Shown here: in pieces, positions 1 through 12,855 of the stretch
Layout: each line of letters begins with the position of its first letter
Numbering within the stretch: the stretch's first letter is position 1
Source: Phyllosticta citribraziliensis
Lineage: Eukaryota
Reading direction: 5' to 3'
NCBI RefSeq assembly: GCF_038025025.1
Contig: NW_027117338.1
Location: 2,666,001 to 2,730,000 of the forward strand
Length of the DNA: 64,000 bases
Made by a program: the position numbers and the translations under genes
The notes under the pieces: generated by a model
The model's input: only the letters and a program-made list of their open reading frames with translations
The model's database searches: none
What the model was told of the DNA's origin: nothing

Positions 1-538
1 GTGGCGGGGGAGAGGTGTGTTCCGTCGGTCAGCAGCCGCTCGGTGAAGGAGTGGAATGATGAACGTCGGCCGCCCTCAACATGCTCGATGCCATGTCTCT
101 CGTCAGAGCGAGGAAGAAGATGCGATGTCTCGGTGGGGTCTCTCGGCGGTTCTTCGTCGTCGCGTTCTTTGACCGTGTCGCTCAGTGTAAAGCCCTTGTA
201 GTAGAAGCATTGAGCCAGCAAAACGATGTCGGCGAGCGTGTAGTAAACGGCCAAGATGATCTGGGCTTGCGTTAGTCGGCGACTTGGATTGCGCGTCGGC
301 GAATGAAAATTACCATTGTTGGCAACACGCGTTGCAGGACAGCTCCGATGATGTTGAAGACATCTCCGGCCAGCCAAACCACGATGAAAACCACCGACAG
401 GCCCTCTGCGGAGCTGCGCCGGAAGTTCTCAATGATTTGGGGCGAAAAGACGACTACCCAGCAGGCAATGGATATCGAGCCCATGATGCCGCTGAGGGCG
501 GCGACATCGAGAGTGATGGCCTGCGACGGTGGAAACAT
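1..538 (-). CDS. PQ-loop repeat vacuolar/lysosomal amino-acid transporter (Ypq1/Rtc2/PQLC2-like); 3' part runs off the window
   Basis: Exon 1 is 538-314 (…SIACWVVVFSPQIIENFRRSSAEGLS…WLAGDVFN, PQ-loop motif). Intron 313-261 has GTAATT, CTAAC and CAG. Exon 2 from 260 reads IILAVYYTLADIVLLAQCFYYKG. Confidence 0.9.
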
Positions 539-932
539 GGTCGGGCGACGAGGGCTCTTGGGCGAGCAGATGAGTCGCGAGTCTAGGGCGGTTGAAAAGA
601 GCGACGATGCGATGGCGCCCTGGTTGTTGAGAAGTGGGCGCCGAAGGACAAGGTTGGGAGAGGAGTCATCATGTTAACGGCCTTCACTGACCTGACGGCG
701 CTTGGTTTCTTCAGGCACATGGGTGCCACGGACCGATACCGGCGTCAGACGTCAGACCCTTGGCCATGTACCCCTGACGAAAATCCGGGGTTGGAGCAAG
801 CCCACAGAGCAGAGCCTCACATGCGCCTGCCGTGCCGTCACACCACAAAACCCTCTAGTCGCTTTATTCTCTAATATGTATTGTTGGAAGATAATTGCAC
901 CCCCAGATGCCATGGAATCACTCGTCTTGCGT

Positions 933-3809
933 CTACAGGTTGTTGTCCTTTTTGAACTTGTCCCATGCCTCGTTCAGCGTCGCGAACACCGACGCGCTGA
1001 TCATCTTTTGCTCGGTTGTCGCATTCTGCGGGATCTGTACACATTGCTGTTAGCTACCTCTCAAAGGCACCGTGTTTCCGAGACTGACCTTATCTGGGTG
1101 GACCTTTGCAATGGCCTTCATGTATACAACCTTGACCTTGTTTGGCATGATCAAGTCTTGCATGCCGACCTTTTTCCATCCGGCATCAGCCCACAAAACG
1201 CTGTCGAGCGAACCAAGCAGTGCCCGCAAATTGTCCGCCTTCCCTCCTTTCCATGCCACGAGCTTGGCCTCCACTTGATCGGATAATGCAAACTTCTCGT
1301 CGTCTTCCTTCTCGGCCGCCTGGTTTGCCTCGCGCAGCTTTTTGACGGCTTGCGCCGAGGCTGCTGTCGAGACTGCCGGTTTCGCACTCCTCGCTGGGGG
1401 CTTCTTGGCCGCCACCGACGGCTTTGGTGTGTTCGTCCTGCTTTGTGGCACACTGCCCTTCCCGGCTGCCTTTTCACAACGATTACGTCCCTGGATGCTG
1501 ACAGCGCCACCGATGCCTGCCTCGACTGCCTCTTTCCACGAGTTGGCGGCCTCGTTCCACTTCTCCATGTGCTCCAGTCCTTCAGCCTTCCTCATCAAGG
1601 CTTTGCCAAAGAATTCCTTCATGTCCTTGTCTGCTTCAGTTCCGCCCATGACGATCTTCTCGTTCTCTCCGCGCGAGGGCCCAATGATGGAAAGAGCGGC
1701 ATCCGCGTCCGCGACTGCCGCTTTGGGGTCACCGACCTTGATGTTTGTCAAAGCGCGATTACAGAGCGCCACGATTCTCGTAGGGTGCGTGGACGGCACC
1801 GGCCCCAGGGCGTCGGAGTAGGCCACAAGTGCCGCGGCATAGTCTCCCCGTTTGAACGCATCTGTACCCTTTTGCCTATGTGATGCAGATGCCGAGAGAG
1901 CCGATGGAGAAATTGCCGGCACTTGGCGCGGCGGTGCTTTTGGGCGCACAGGTGTCGGTGCTCTGACCGCAGACGGAGGCGCAGGCGAGGCCTTGGGCGA
2001 AAATGGGTTCCTGGAGGCGAATTGTGGCTCTGAGGTAGAAGCTGGATTGGCAGACACAGGTGAAGACGCTTGAGTAAAAAGATCTTGCTGGGGATTGGTC
2101 GCAGGCTGTTGCTTTTTCCGGCGCGCTGGACTCACATACGCCTGCGCCGACTGCTGCTCCACGGCTTCTCTGGTCAGTTTGGCAGGCCGTGTCGCACTCT
2201 GGGAATGAGAAGGAGTTGATGATCTGCTGGGAACTGGGGACCGGTTTTGTGTAGATTGAGGAGCTCGTCCAAGTTCGGGATTGGGGCTCGATCGCGCCGG
2301 CGGTTTTTGCCGTCTGCCCATGTCAGGTTCGAGCATCATAGCCTCATCAGTCGCCTCCTGCTGTCGGCGTCGTGAGGGCTCAGGACCTCTACTGTCCGAG
2401 CCGTTTGACGTAGCAGTCGCATCTCTCATCCACTTGGGCTGGTTCGGATCCGCGGGTTGGTCAAAGTCGGCAAGAGCCTTTTGCATCTTTTTCTGACCTT
2501 GCTTCCAGAGGCTGTTTGCCGACTTTAGAAAAGTTGTGCCGAATTCTTGCGCGTACTGCGCGACATCCCTTTCTTCGGTGGGCGTACGGCCATCTTGTCG
2601 TCTTTGGGAGCTTGATCGACTTCCCTGCTCCCGCATCCAAGCTGGCACAGCATCGCTAGTGTTGTCATCTCGGTTACTTCGCTTGGGTTCACGCGTACGC
2701 CTGGTCCCCTCTTCCGGTGCGAATGAGTTGTCCCGGCCCCCTTCTCCTTGCCTACGTTGTGATTTCTGTTTGGCCTCTTCATGTGCTTGATTCAGCAGGT
2801 AGCCGACAGCGGCTTGAATGTCAATGCCACCCTCGGTCCGAGCCAGGGCCTCAGCAGATTTGTCTGCCGGGAATCCCATATCTACCAGCTCTGTGACAGC
2901 TCTGTCTCGGGGATCGGTCTCGGATGCGGGCTGTTTCCTCCCTTGGCTCGCTCTGTCTTCCTGATGTGGCGACTCGACGGTTTGTCTGCGGACTTCAGCG
3001 ACTGGTTTGCCCAGATCTCCCAGAATGTCGTCATCTTGTTCAGGAGGAGTTGGCTGCGGCGACGCCTGAGGCTTTGGCCTTGATGCCAGTTGGCCGAGTC
3101 CAAACGGGTCGTCATCGTCGTCATCAGCCAGTCCAGCGGACCCGTTGGCGGCAACGCCGCCGGTAGCATGGGAAATGTTGTTCAGGTTAGCAGCTGGGGA
3201 GCTGGAATGGTTGGCGCGGAAGTTCTGGAGGGTGTGGGGAACCGGGTAGTGGCTTGACGCATCCACCGGGGCCTCTGAGTTGAAGGCAGCCAGGATGTCG
3301 TCTTCATCTTGCGATTGCGGTGTCGAGCTTTGGTGGGCCGCGGCGATGTTGTTGTTGGTGGCAGAGGCAACAGAAAGATAGGCGGCGCCTGGACTTTGCG
3401 CGCCAGGTGTCGAGTTTGGAGTTGACCTGCCGCTGCCTAGATTGTCCCAGAAGGCAGCATCCTGAGGCCCAGGGCGGTTGTCGAGATGTTTCCATTGCCT
3501 CTCCTTTTCTAATTGCAACTGCCGTTGACGCTCCTGCAACGACAGGTTGTCGGAGGGCTTTGGCTGCTTAGGGCCGAGGAGGGACGAAAAGCTGTCATTG
3601 GCAGGGGCGGAGGTCTTCGGGGGAGCCTTGAGACCACGGAATACGGGCGTGACGGAGCGCGCGGAGAGGGGGCTCGATCGAGCAGAAGAGGGCGGCGGGT
3701 TGGTCAAGTTGGCGGAGTACGAGGGAGCAGTGGTGGTCGGGGCGGTGGGCTGCTGCGGGTTTTGGGTCGGTGCCTGCGAGTCCCAGTCGACGCTAATCAA
3801 ATCATTCAT
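933..3809 (-). CDS. SWA2: Auxilin-like clathrin-uncoating co-chaperone (UBA + TPR + C-terminal J domain)
   Basis: Exon 1 is 3809-1089, with UBA (LVDMGFPADKSAEALARTEGG…AAVGYLL), TPR (KGTDAFKRGDYAAA…CNRALT) and J domain (YMKAIAKVHPDK). Intron 1088-1035 has GTCAGT, CTAAC and CAG. Exon 2 is 1034-933, IPQNATTEQKMISASVFATLNEAWDKFKKDNNL*. Confidence 0.93.
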
Positions 3810-4862
3810 GGCGTGTTCCCTGGGGGAGAGGGTGAGACATGCGAACGATGGCGGTGGGGCGGGAAGAAGAGGATGGCGAGGACAACAACGTTGGATGGTG
3901 GTGGTGGTGGTGATGATGGAGCGTGGTCAGAGCTGGCGGTCCGGTGCGGTGGCATGGAAGGAGAGGGTGGGTGAGGACAGGTCGGATGGGAATGCAGCAC
4001 ACATGCACGAAACAGAGAACACGAGGGACGACATGACATGAAGCAGGCAGGCAAACAGGGAGGACAATTGGTGTTGTTCAACACCGGACCCGTGGCCCGT
4101 CTACAGTATCTGTCAGGTCGGCCTCCCGTCGACGCGTCGGGTCGCTCTTCGCTCGGGGGACGGGAGCCAAGAGGATACATACATACATGTTTGGATGCAT
4201 GTATGTAATGTACCTATGCAATGGATTTTCAGACCTCATTTGCAGGGCGCAACCCGAGGTCCCCGCGCGCGGAATCGGCTGGCCTTCCACCTCCACCTCG
4301 CCCTCTGCTCTGGGCGTGTATCGGCAATACACAGAGAGTAATCCAGTAGATCGATTAATTGATAGCTATATACGGTGCTCCATCCAATCTGCACTGCACC
4401 CATGAGCCTTGCCGTCGGCATGCCATGGCGCCGTCGCCCACCCACCCACAGGCAGCTCAACCTGCACCCGACGTCGACCTCGACCTCGACCTGACCTGAT
4501 CTCGCGCTTCGGTTCTCGCCCTCGCCGCCGCCCTCCACGGCGTCCCAGCCAATCCCTTCCATTCTCTCTGCCTACTGCTCGCCTGGCTCATCTTCCCTCG
4601 TTCGCTCGTTACAGTACCAAATAATCCACCCACGGCCGCCATTCCCACTCCGGCCTCGTTTAATCGCCTCCCCTGGCTTCATCATATCTTTCCTCTTCTG
4701 CTGCTGCTTGCGGAGCCGACCGAATCTTCTGCTGATTCGCCCTTTGCTCCACCACCATCCCTCCCTGTGCTACGCTGCGCTACGCTCCCCACTCCCCATC
4801 GCGGCTTCACCTTCGACAAGCCGCCCTCACTTCCCCTCCCCCGCAGCATATATCCTCAAGCC

Positions 4863-6511
4863 ATGGGAATCTTTAGCCGCCGCAAGGACAAGACTGACAA
4901 AGACACTTCCTCGACAACCTCCAACGGCTCCGTCAAACCTGTCAAATCTCTCAAACACCTCTCCATCAACGGCACCATGACGGCCAAGCCCCAGATCCCC
5001 GACATCCCGCTGCCAAAAGCTCCCGATCCTGCTCTCGACCCCGCCGGCTACCTTCGGAGCATCTACGCCGTCAGAGAGCGCTCCACATTGGTCCTCGACA
5101 AGGCAAAGGCCAACCAGCTCAAGCACTTCACCGTCGACCTGTCCAAGCTGTCAGACACGGCCGCCTATGTCGTCTCCATCATCAAGGTGCCTGTCTTGCC
5201 CCAAGCTCGAGTGCCCTTGCTGACGTCCCTTGCAGCGCGACTACGCCCCCGACTACTCCTCAATTCCTCCCCACGGCCGCTGGCAGCACTTTGAGGTTGG
5301 AGGCCGCCCCCGCATTGACCAGCTCATGGCTACATGGCCGTCCACGGTTGATACGCAAGAACGCGCGCGCCGCTTGATTGACCTGTTCCTCGTCTCGGTG
5401 CTGCTCGACGCTGGTGCCGGAACAAAATGGCAGTACAAGAGCAAAGAATCCGCCAAGTTTTACAGGCGCAGCGAAGGTCTTGCCGTCGCCAGCCTGGAAA
5501 TGTTCAAGGCCGGTCTGTTCAGCAGTGACCCTTCTGAGCCCTGCAGAGTCGACAGTGCGGGCCTCAAAAAGCTCGACGTCAAGGCCATGGCTCGCGGTTT
5601 GCAGGTTTCTGAAGAGAATCCCATCGACGGTCTCGAGGGGCGCACCAACTTGCTCATCCGCCTTGGCGACGCGCTGCTTAATCAAGAAATCTTTGGCCTG
5701 ACCGCTCGTCCTGGAAACATGCTCGGTGAGCGCGTTGAACCCTCCGCGAAGTTGACAAGCGCTGACAAGACTTGCAGACTATCTCCTTTCTCATCCCTCA
5801 ACCCAGGCATCCTCCGTCCCCATAGTCCCTGTGCCGGTCTTTTGGAAAGTCCTCATGGACGGTCTTGCCCCCATATGGCCTGCTACGAGAACCCAGATTG
5901 ACGGTGTATCACTTGGCGACGCCTGGCCTTGCTCCGTGATGCCTTCGCATCCTACTCAACCATGGGAGAACATTGTGCCCTTCCACAAATTGACGCAGTG
6001 GCTCACGTACTCGCTCATGGTTCCTATGAACAAGCTCCTCAAAGTCCACTTCGCAGGAGAGCATCTCATGACTGGCCTGCCCGAGTATCGCAACGGTGGC
6101 CTGTTCATCGACACTGGGCTCCTCACCCTGAAGCCCGAGGATGCAAAACGGGGCTTGGCGCAATACCAACAGAACGCCCAGGTCAAAGGCCAACCAAATG
6201 TCGAGGTTGTCCCCATGTTCGCCGCGGATGATGACGTAATTGTCGAATGGCGTGCAGTTACGGTCGGCTTTCTCGATGAGCTCCTCAGAGAGGTGAACAC
6301 AATGCTGGGGCTGTCAGACTGTGACAAGTTGAGCTTGGCTCAGATGCTCGAGGCCGGAAGTTGGAAGGTAAGCTGGCCGGAACTGTTTCCCTCGTCAACC
6401 AGAACATTGCAAGCTAACTTCACCAAGGGTGGTCGAGAATTGGCCGAGGTTTCGAGACCTAACACCAAAGAGCCGCCAATCATGATCATGTCCGACGGGA
6501 CAGTCTTTTGA
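4863..6511 (+). CDS. URC4: DUF1688 family protein (Urc4/Urg3-like, linked to uracil catabolism)
   Basis: Exons 4863-5186, 5236-5725, 5778-6367 and 6428-6511 with GT..AG introns. Motifs IPPHGRWQHF, DLFLVSVLLDAGAG, RSEGLAVASL, VPFHKLTQWLTYSL, TGLPEYRNGG, IVEWRA and SDGTVF*. Confidence 0.9.
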
Positions 6512-7263
6512 ATGATACCCCTCTACTAGATTCGTGTGAGCATCATTTTCTTCTTGCCTTTCTTCTTCATCCAAACTTTCCGGAAAAGGGTTCATCTTTT
6601 CATGGCCATTGATTGCGAGATTCTTCGCTCTGGTCCCAAAACACTCGTCTACCTAAGTCTTTTAGTCTCTGGCCTTTTCCTTCGAATGGTGGATCGTTAT
6701 CCAATTCCTCTTTCTTCACATGCATATGGAACTCGGTAGAGCTTTAAGGGATAGTGTCTGCAAAGACAAGCCCTGTTGAGTAGAGGTTAGATTCTTTGGC
6801 GGCCAGAATGCTTCTTCTGGGTGAAACTTTGTCGACGGGTTCGTCGGGGGATTGGTCGATGTTGAGAAGCAATGTTTAGTTGCGCATGGCCAGCCGGATA
6901 CAGTGAGGCAGATATATAGCATTGATAAATCGAGGCGAAAATCGAGCATGGAAATCGCTAGAGAGATTGTCTTAGACTGTCATGGAACATTTTGACCATG
7001 AAGCAAAAAGTCCGGCAGGGGTTGTCCGAAAGGCAGACCTGGGGAAGCTCGGACTGCCAAGCCCAAAGTGAGCGTCATCCCGGCCGGCGGGGTTTGTGAG
7101 GTGGTTCTCCGTTCGACCTCCGTGTCTGTGCGGCAACCGCGACACCACCTACCGCTCATCTCCTTCACCTACCACCGACCTCCCCGTCTACCCTCAGCTT
7201 TTGCCTAAACGCTACTCGCTCCTCGCTCCATCTCTGCCTGAGACCACAGACGACCTCTTCACC

Positions 7264-8451
7264 ATGAACATTGGCAAGAAACAGAAGCAGCGCAAGGTGC
7301 TGCTCATGGGCAAGAGCGGGGCGGGCAAGTCATCGATGCGATCCATCGTCTTCAGCAACTACGTTGCCAAAGATGTACGCCGGCTCGGCGCGACCATTGA
7401 CGTGGAGCACAGCAATATCAAGTTCATGGGAAACCTCATGCTCAATCTCTGGGACTGTGGAGGGTAAGATGGCGCGCAAACACAATCACTACGGCTCTAC
7501 TGACTGTCACCTAGCCAGGATGGATTCGTTGAGAACTATCTGACCCACCAGCGCCACCACATATTCTCGTCCGTTGCCGTGCTTATATTCGTGTTCGACA
7601 TTGAATCCCGCGATTTCGCATCCGATGTACTTTCGTATCAAAACATAATAGCCGCGCTCGCCGAATCTTCCCCCAACGCCAAAATATTCTGCCTCATCCA
7701 CAAAATGGACCTCGTTCAAGCTCGCCTCAGGATGTCGCTATTTGAAGAGCGCGCAGACTACATAAAGCAAGCAAGCGCCGAGTTCGGATTTGGGGACTCG
7801 GTCGAATTCTTCGCGACGAGCATCTGGGACCAAAGCCTGTACAAAGCGTGGACGCAAATCATCTACTACTTGATCCCGAACGCCGGTCAAATCGAATCAA
7901 TGCTCAGACAGCTCGCTGATGTCATTGACGCAAGGGAGCTGATACTGTACGAGAGGACGACGTGTTTGATGGTCACACACGTCACCCGTGGCAGTGAAAT
8001 CCACAACCCCTTCACGGATCGTTTCGAGCGGATTTCGAGCATACTCAAGACGCACAAACAGTCAATGGCGTAAGTTTCCCTGCCCCGGCCCATTCAATAA
8101 TCACTGCTTGACGCTCTCAGGAAACACACCTCCCTCCCACCGTCTCATGCCAACTTCGCCGAGATGCAAATCAAGACTGGCCGCTTCATGTTCTTCATAA
8201 TAAGGCTCACGGAAAACACAAACCTGGCAGCTTCTATTCCTCCTTCGGAACAAGTTTTCAATGCCGCCAGGGTGAACATCAGCCTTGCTCGGAGTCGCTT
8301 TGCGGAGTTGGACGTCATTACTGGCAAGCATCGCAGCATGCAGCAGCAGTTTGTGACAAGCTACGACGACAGAAATGATGGCGATAGAGAAAGGTCAGAA
8401 GGCCCGGGCTCTTCCGTCGGCAATGGCACGGCCTTGTTGGGTGGCATGTAA
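7264..8451 (+). CDS. GTR1: Rag GTPase Gtr1/RagA (TORC1 amino-acid signalling)
   Basis: Exons 7264-7463, 7515-8069 and 8121-8451. Motifs [15 protein letters not shown] (P-loop), [25 protein letters not shown] and TSIWD. Confidence 0.95.
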
Positions 8452-11436
8452 CAGCATGCGCTCTCGAAACACGATTGATGATACCCACTTGATAGCAAGG
8501 TACGAACACAGAGAGTACCTCGCTTCTCTTAACTCTTTCTTCCTTCTCCGCCAGCAATAATCCCTCTTTCGGGGCACGAATCATATTTCAAACACCACCG
8601 GTCCTGATGGCGCATGATTCATGATTGGTACGCAGCTGGAATTGCATGCGTCGGCTGTGTCCTTTTGGAAAGTTCAACAACGGCGTCATGCTTAGGACAA
8701 CGTGCTCTTTTGTCGACGCGGAAGAGCTTTTGGTTCCGCCAACCAACCAACATCATTGCGGGAGTATGCGATGAGCCCACCACAGCGTCCAGCTTCTTTG
8801 TCCGTTACAGAGTTTGATTCAGCGTCAACGCGAGAAAACCAGAACACTGGTCCAGCTTTGTTGCTTGTTAATGCGACAAATTAAAGATTGAGACATGATT
8901 CGATGCACTTCTAGTCGACACGGTGTGCGAAGAATGCGCGTTGGGAGCTTTCTCGTTGGTGGGATCACTGAACGACGTTCTCGCAGAAGTCTCTGTTTCT
9001 CTCAAGACCCCCAACCTGATCCACCGACTGGCTGCCTTTGACTGGGGCATGTTTCTGGCTACTAAGGTTATCCGAATCGACTATGGGAATCTCGTGTCCT
9101 GGCCCTATCCCTGATTTCAAGATCCGCGTAAAATTGAACTTCAACGCGACAGTCTCCTACAGCTTCACCAAGTCATCTCGCGATCGCAGACGCTCAGTAT
9201 TTCCCTTGCGATGTTCCATGTCTTCATCGGCATTGTGCGAGAGGATGGTTTAAGAGCCTTCGCGGCGCATTCGCGAATCGAAAATCTACAGAGGGTCAGA
9301 CGCAGGGTCTACGCTACGAATGCATCCTTGCCGTTCCGGACACTCTATCTCCACGTCCGGCCAGTGACTTGGCTGAGCCCCGAGTCAGTCTGGCTCAGGG
9401 AAGACTGAGGATCTCAACAGATTCCGAGATGGGTCTGATTCAGTCACACGTTTCGCCTAGAGAACTCGTATGGTAGGAAATGCGAGCCATACTGAGAGTA
9501 CGATCGGTTGAAGCGGGATCCGTTTACGCCGCAGTCGGCACCTCCTTTGCTGCAATCTGACGACTGTGACGTCAGTCTTCGTGCGTCGTAGAGTTTTCAA
9601 AGCTGGAGATCTACCGGTCCGCTTGTGATGTGATAGCCCACGTACGGTAACTTCTTCCGCCGCAGCCTTCTTGTGATCAAGCTTGTTTTCACAGTTGGCA
9701 AAATCCAGCATCAAGTACACAACTCAAGTCATGCTTGGAGCAGCTACACAATTGTGTTCACTTCTTCTCGCCATCACTTTCTCCAAGCTGTTTGGGCACT
9801 TTACGAATAGAATGGCCCTACACACTCACAGCTACGCTATGCGACGAATGTCCATAGCTAAGCTTCGCTAGCAACAACCTTAACCGAGAACTGAAGCACA
9901 CTAAAGCTGTGGCAGCGCCTGTCAACTTGTAAAGGTTACGTCTGCCAAATGTCGCGCAGGTCTGTTTCAAGTTTGGGATTCGGACTTGCCGCGTACCACT
10001 CTCCGCTTGCCCACTCCCATGACCTCTAGTCGCATTGAGGGGCTCGTCACGACGTTACATTTGGCGCCGTACATGTACACGCATTCTGCGGTCAATTGCT
10101 ACGGCGGTTGAGTACTGGTGACATTCGCAGCTTCCAATTAAGGAGCAAGGTCACTGATCTGCCGGTCACTGCATGCTTGGGCCGCCATCGAAAAAATCAA
10201 AATGTCTGACACGATGCCACGGGAGCGAAGCGCCTTGGCCGCGAGTGGCAGATTTCGCGAACCCTAAATCGGGTCCTTCACGATCAGAAGATGCTCCACG
10301 ACACTGTAGTTGGGCGACGGCCCGCGGGTCGACGCGCAACACCTGTACAGTTGTCCAACTGAGAAATTGCCCAATTAGACGCGATGTGCGTTGGACTTGT
10401 TCTCACATTACCAACATTGGCCAACGAAAACGCGGTATGAGTGGTAAGTTCCATGCTCTTTAATTCCAAGGACGCGTAGCAATACCGGTTGAAGTCATCT
10501 GGTAGGCCGCCCTTCTCTCCAGGCGCGTGCACGCTGGTAGGCAATGGAACCCTGGAGCCCTGAAATCCTTAGTCAGTGTAGTTGTGCGGGGAAACCAGTG
10601 AGAAAGGGTTGCAGGGGGTCGCGTCAAGCACCGGGCTGAGGCTTGGTGGCAGAGTCAAGGATCCGACAAGAAAGCGTAGCCCCTCCTTGTGTGCGGTTTC
10701 CAAACCGTCGGAAAAGCGTGGTCTGCAACAGGGCCGACCTCTGAAAAGCAATCAAGGCCAAATGGAAAAGATGCCTTGAGACGCGTGGCAGTGGCAGATA
10801 AACCAAATAATTGTTTTCTCGTACAAGGTGCGAGTACTGGCGAAAGCGAAAGAAAAAAAATGTCGACCCTCAAAGAAAAATCAGAGATCCGGGACAAGAA
10901 AGGGCCATATCGAGATGGTCAGGCTCGCAGCCATGGAGCCAGCAGGTCGAAGCCCCTTGCACGGGTAGACGAGGGAGAGCCGCGGCTCTGAGGAGGGCCT
11001 TGGTCGTGAAGGCAGCGTTTTCCCATCACGAGCGGGGGATGTGAAGAGCGAGAGAAGTATCAGAAAGGAGCGGAGGAGCGGCCGCAAGCTCCAAATGGCT
11101 CGGCTGGGCTGTGGCTTCACATGCCCACAATATGGACAACCGCGTCGATCCTCCATTCACTTGGACGCCTCCGCGTCTCCACGCCTGGCCGCTACGACCT
11201 TACCCCTGACGCTTCCCCAGACGGCTCCCGCCCCTATGCCCGATCCGACAAGTACCGTTTGTTTCCCCTCACCCAATCCGCATGCCTCGGCCACTGTAAC
11301 CTCCTACCCGTCCGCTAAACCAGCATCAACCCATCCCAACATGCGCCCGCAAGCTGCTTAATTTGGCTTCCTCGCCAAGTGCCTGACTGAGTAGCTCAGA
11401 TCACTCTGCCGCGACTGCGCCCGTCTGTGGCTGCCG

Positions 11437-11442
11437 TATAAA
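11437..11442 (+). promoter_or_regulatory. Putative TATA box of the CFEM-like gene
   Basis: TATAAA about 100 bp upstream of the ATG at 11539. Confidence 0.45.
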
Positions 11443-11538
11443 GATGGAGGCGCTGCCCCTATCCTCTACGATGTTGTTCGTTCCCTTCAATCGCTACTAC
11501 GTATAGTTCCATCTACCGGTCGTCGTCGGGTTGTCAAT

Positions 11539-12265
11539 ATGAAGATCACCGCCCTCTCCGTTCTCGCGCTTGGATCAGCTGTTGTTGCTCAGGATCTTAG
11601 CGCCCTGCTAGGTACCTGTGCGGTTAGTCCCTCACCCCCTGATTGGCTGTTTTGCAGGGTCTCTGACAGTTTTCTCTAGTCCAACCAATTCCAGGAACTT
11701 GGTCTGAAGGGGGTTGATGGCGATCCCTGCAAGAGTGATGCAGGCAAGCCATCCTACTACAAGTGTTCTTGTATCGAAGGCAAAGACTTTGTCCCCAAAT
11801 ACTTGTGCAAGAACCCCGGTTCATGCACGCCAGGCGATATCCCTAGTAAGACGATGCGGTCACGCTTTGTTGATCTGTCAGCACTAACTTTGTCCAGAAT
11901 TGAGTGACATCCTCGTCAGTTTTTGCAAATCTGTTGGTGTTACCGTCCAGGCTCCTGAGGATCCTTGCGGCTTGAAGGGTGCTGGTATCGGCGGCGGTGG
12001 AGGCGGAGCTCCTCCCCCCCCTGCGGCCGCTCCAGCTCCCGCGCCACAGGAGCCTGCTCCCAACGTCCCGGCTGGAACTACCCCCTTGGCGACCACCCCC
12101 GCGGGAACCGCTCCCCCCGGCGGCACCGTTGTTGGTGGCACTCCCGTCACTCCTGTCACCCCTGCTACCGGCACTCCCACTTCTTTCACCGGTGCTGCTG
12201 CGCAGTACAATTACGCTCCTGGTCTTGCTGGTCTTGCCGGTGTCGCTGGTCTCCTCGTCCTCTAA
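11539..12265 (+). CDS. Secreted GPI-anchored Cys-rich CFEM-like cell-wall protein
   Basis: Exons 11539-11622, 11680-11845 and 11898-12265 splice in frame. Signal peptide MKITALSVLALGSAVVA, eight Cys including CSC, a Gly/Pro/Ala/Thr-rich stalk and a hydrophobic GPI-type tail (FTGAAAQY…LAGVAGLLVL*). The ORF track missed exons 1-2. Confidence 0.8.
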
Positions 12266-12855
12266 GCGGTTCGTTCAGCTGCTAAGGAGCTTGGTTGTTG
12301 TGTATACGGGATTTGGTTCAGACGCGTCTACACGTCTGGACAAACTGTACGGAGCGAGAGATGTGAACACAAGTTTTGTTCGTCTGCATTGCGAAAGCAT
12401 GTTTATATCGAAAACTTAATGGGAGACGTAATTATGGTTGAAAATGTGTCGATATCCAGGTACACGCCAACCGTGACACGTCCGCCACGGGTGGGAGAAT
12501 TGACTGGATCGCATCCACGATGAAAACCTGGGAGTATTCCATCAAATCTCTACCCAGGATGACGGAACTGCATTTCTGCGACGTCTCTCAAGCTTTGGCT
12601 TGTGAATGAATCTTCAGTCGAACCAAATCGTCCAACAGTAGTTGCTGTTGAAACATGGCAACGTATCAACGAGCATATGCGGCGTCGAGGGCTGCAGTGA
12701 GGCCTGTGATCCTCAAGAATGCATGTCGTCACAAAAAAAGTCTTGGACTCTGACAAGCCTTGCGTGTTCACCAGCAATGTGCTTGTGACAGAAGATTCAT
12801 GCATGCTGAGCCACTCTCAAGACCGAAAGACATAACCGAAAGCCGTTGCCCACCA

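Noticed and set aside
702..4180. Many ORFs overlapping or antisense to SWA2, including a poly-His ORF at 3802-4008
   Set aside because: Shadow frames of GC-rich coding sequence; the poly-His comes from a (GGT)n repeat in the 5' region.
8600..11400. Short ORFs between GTR1 and the CFEM-like gene (e.g. 9457-9720, 10689-10991, 11041-11361)
   Set aside because: No recognisable domain and no convincing splice model. Treated as intergenic, though a diverged orphan gene cannot be excluded.
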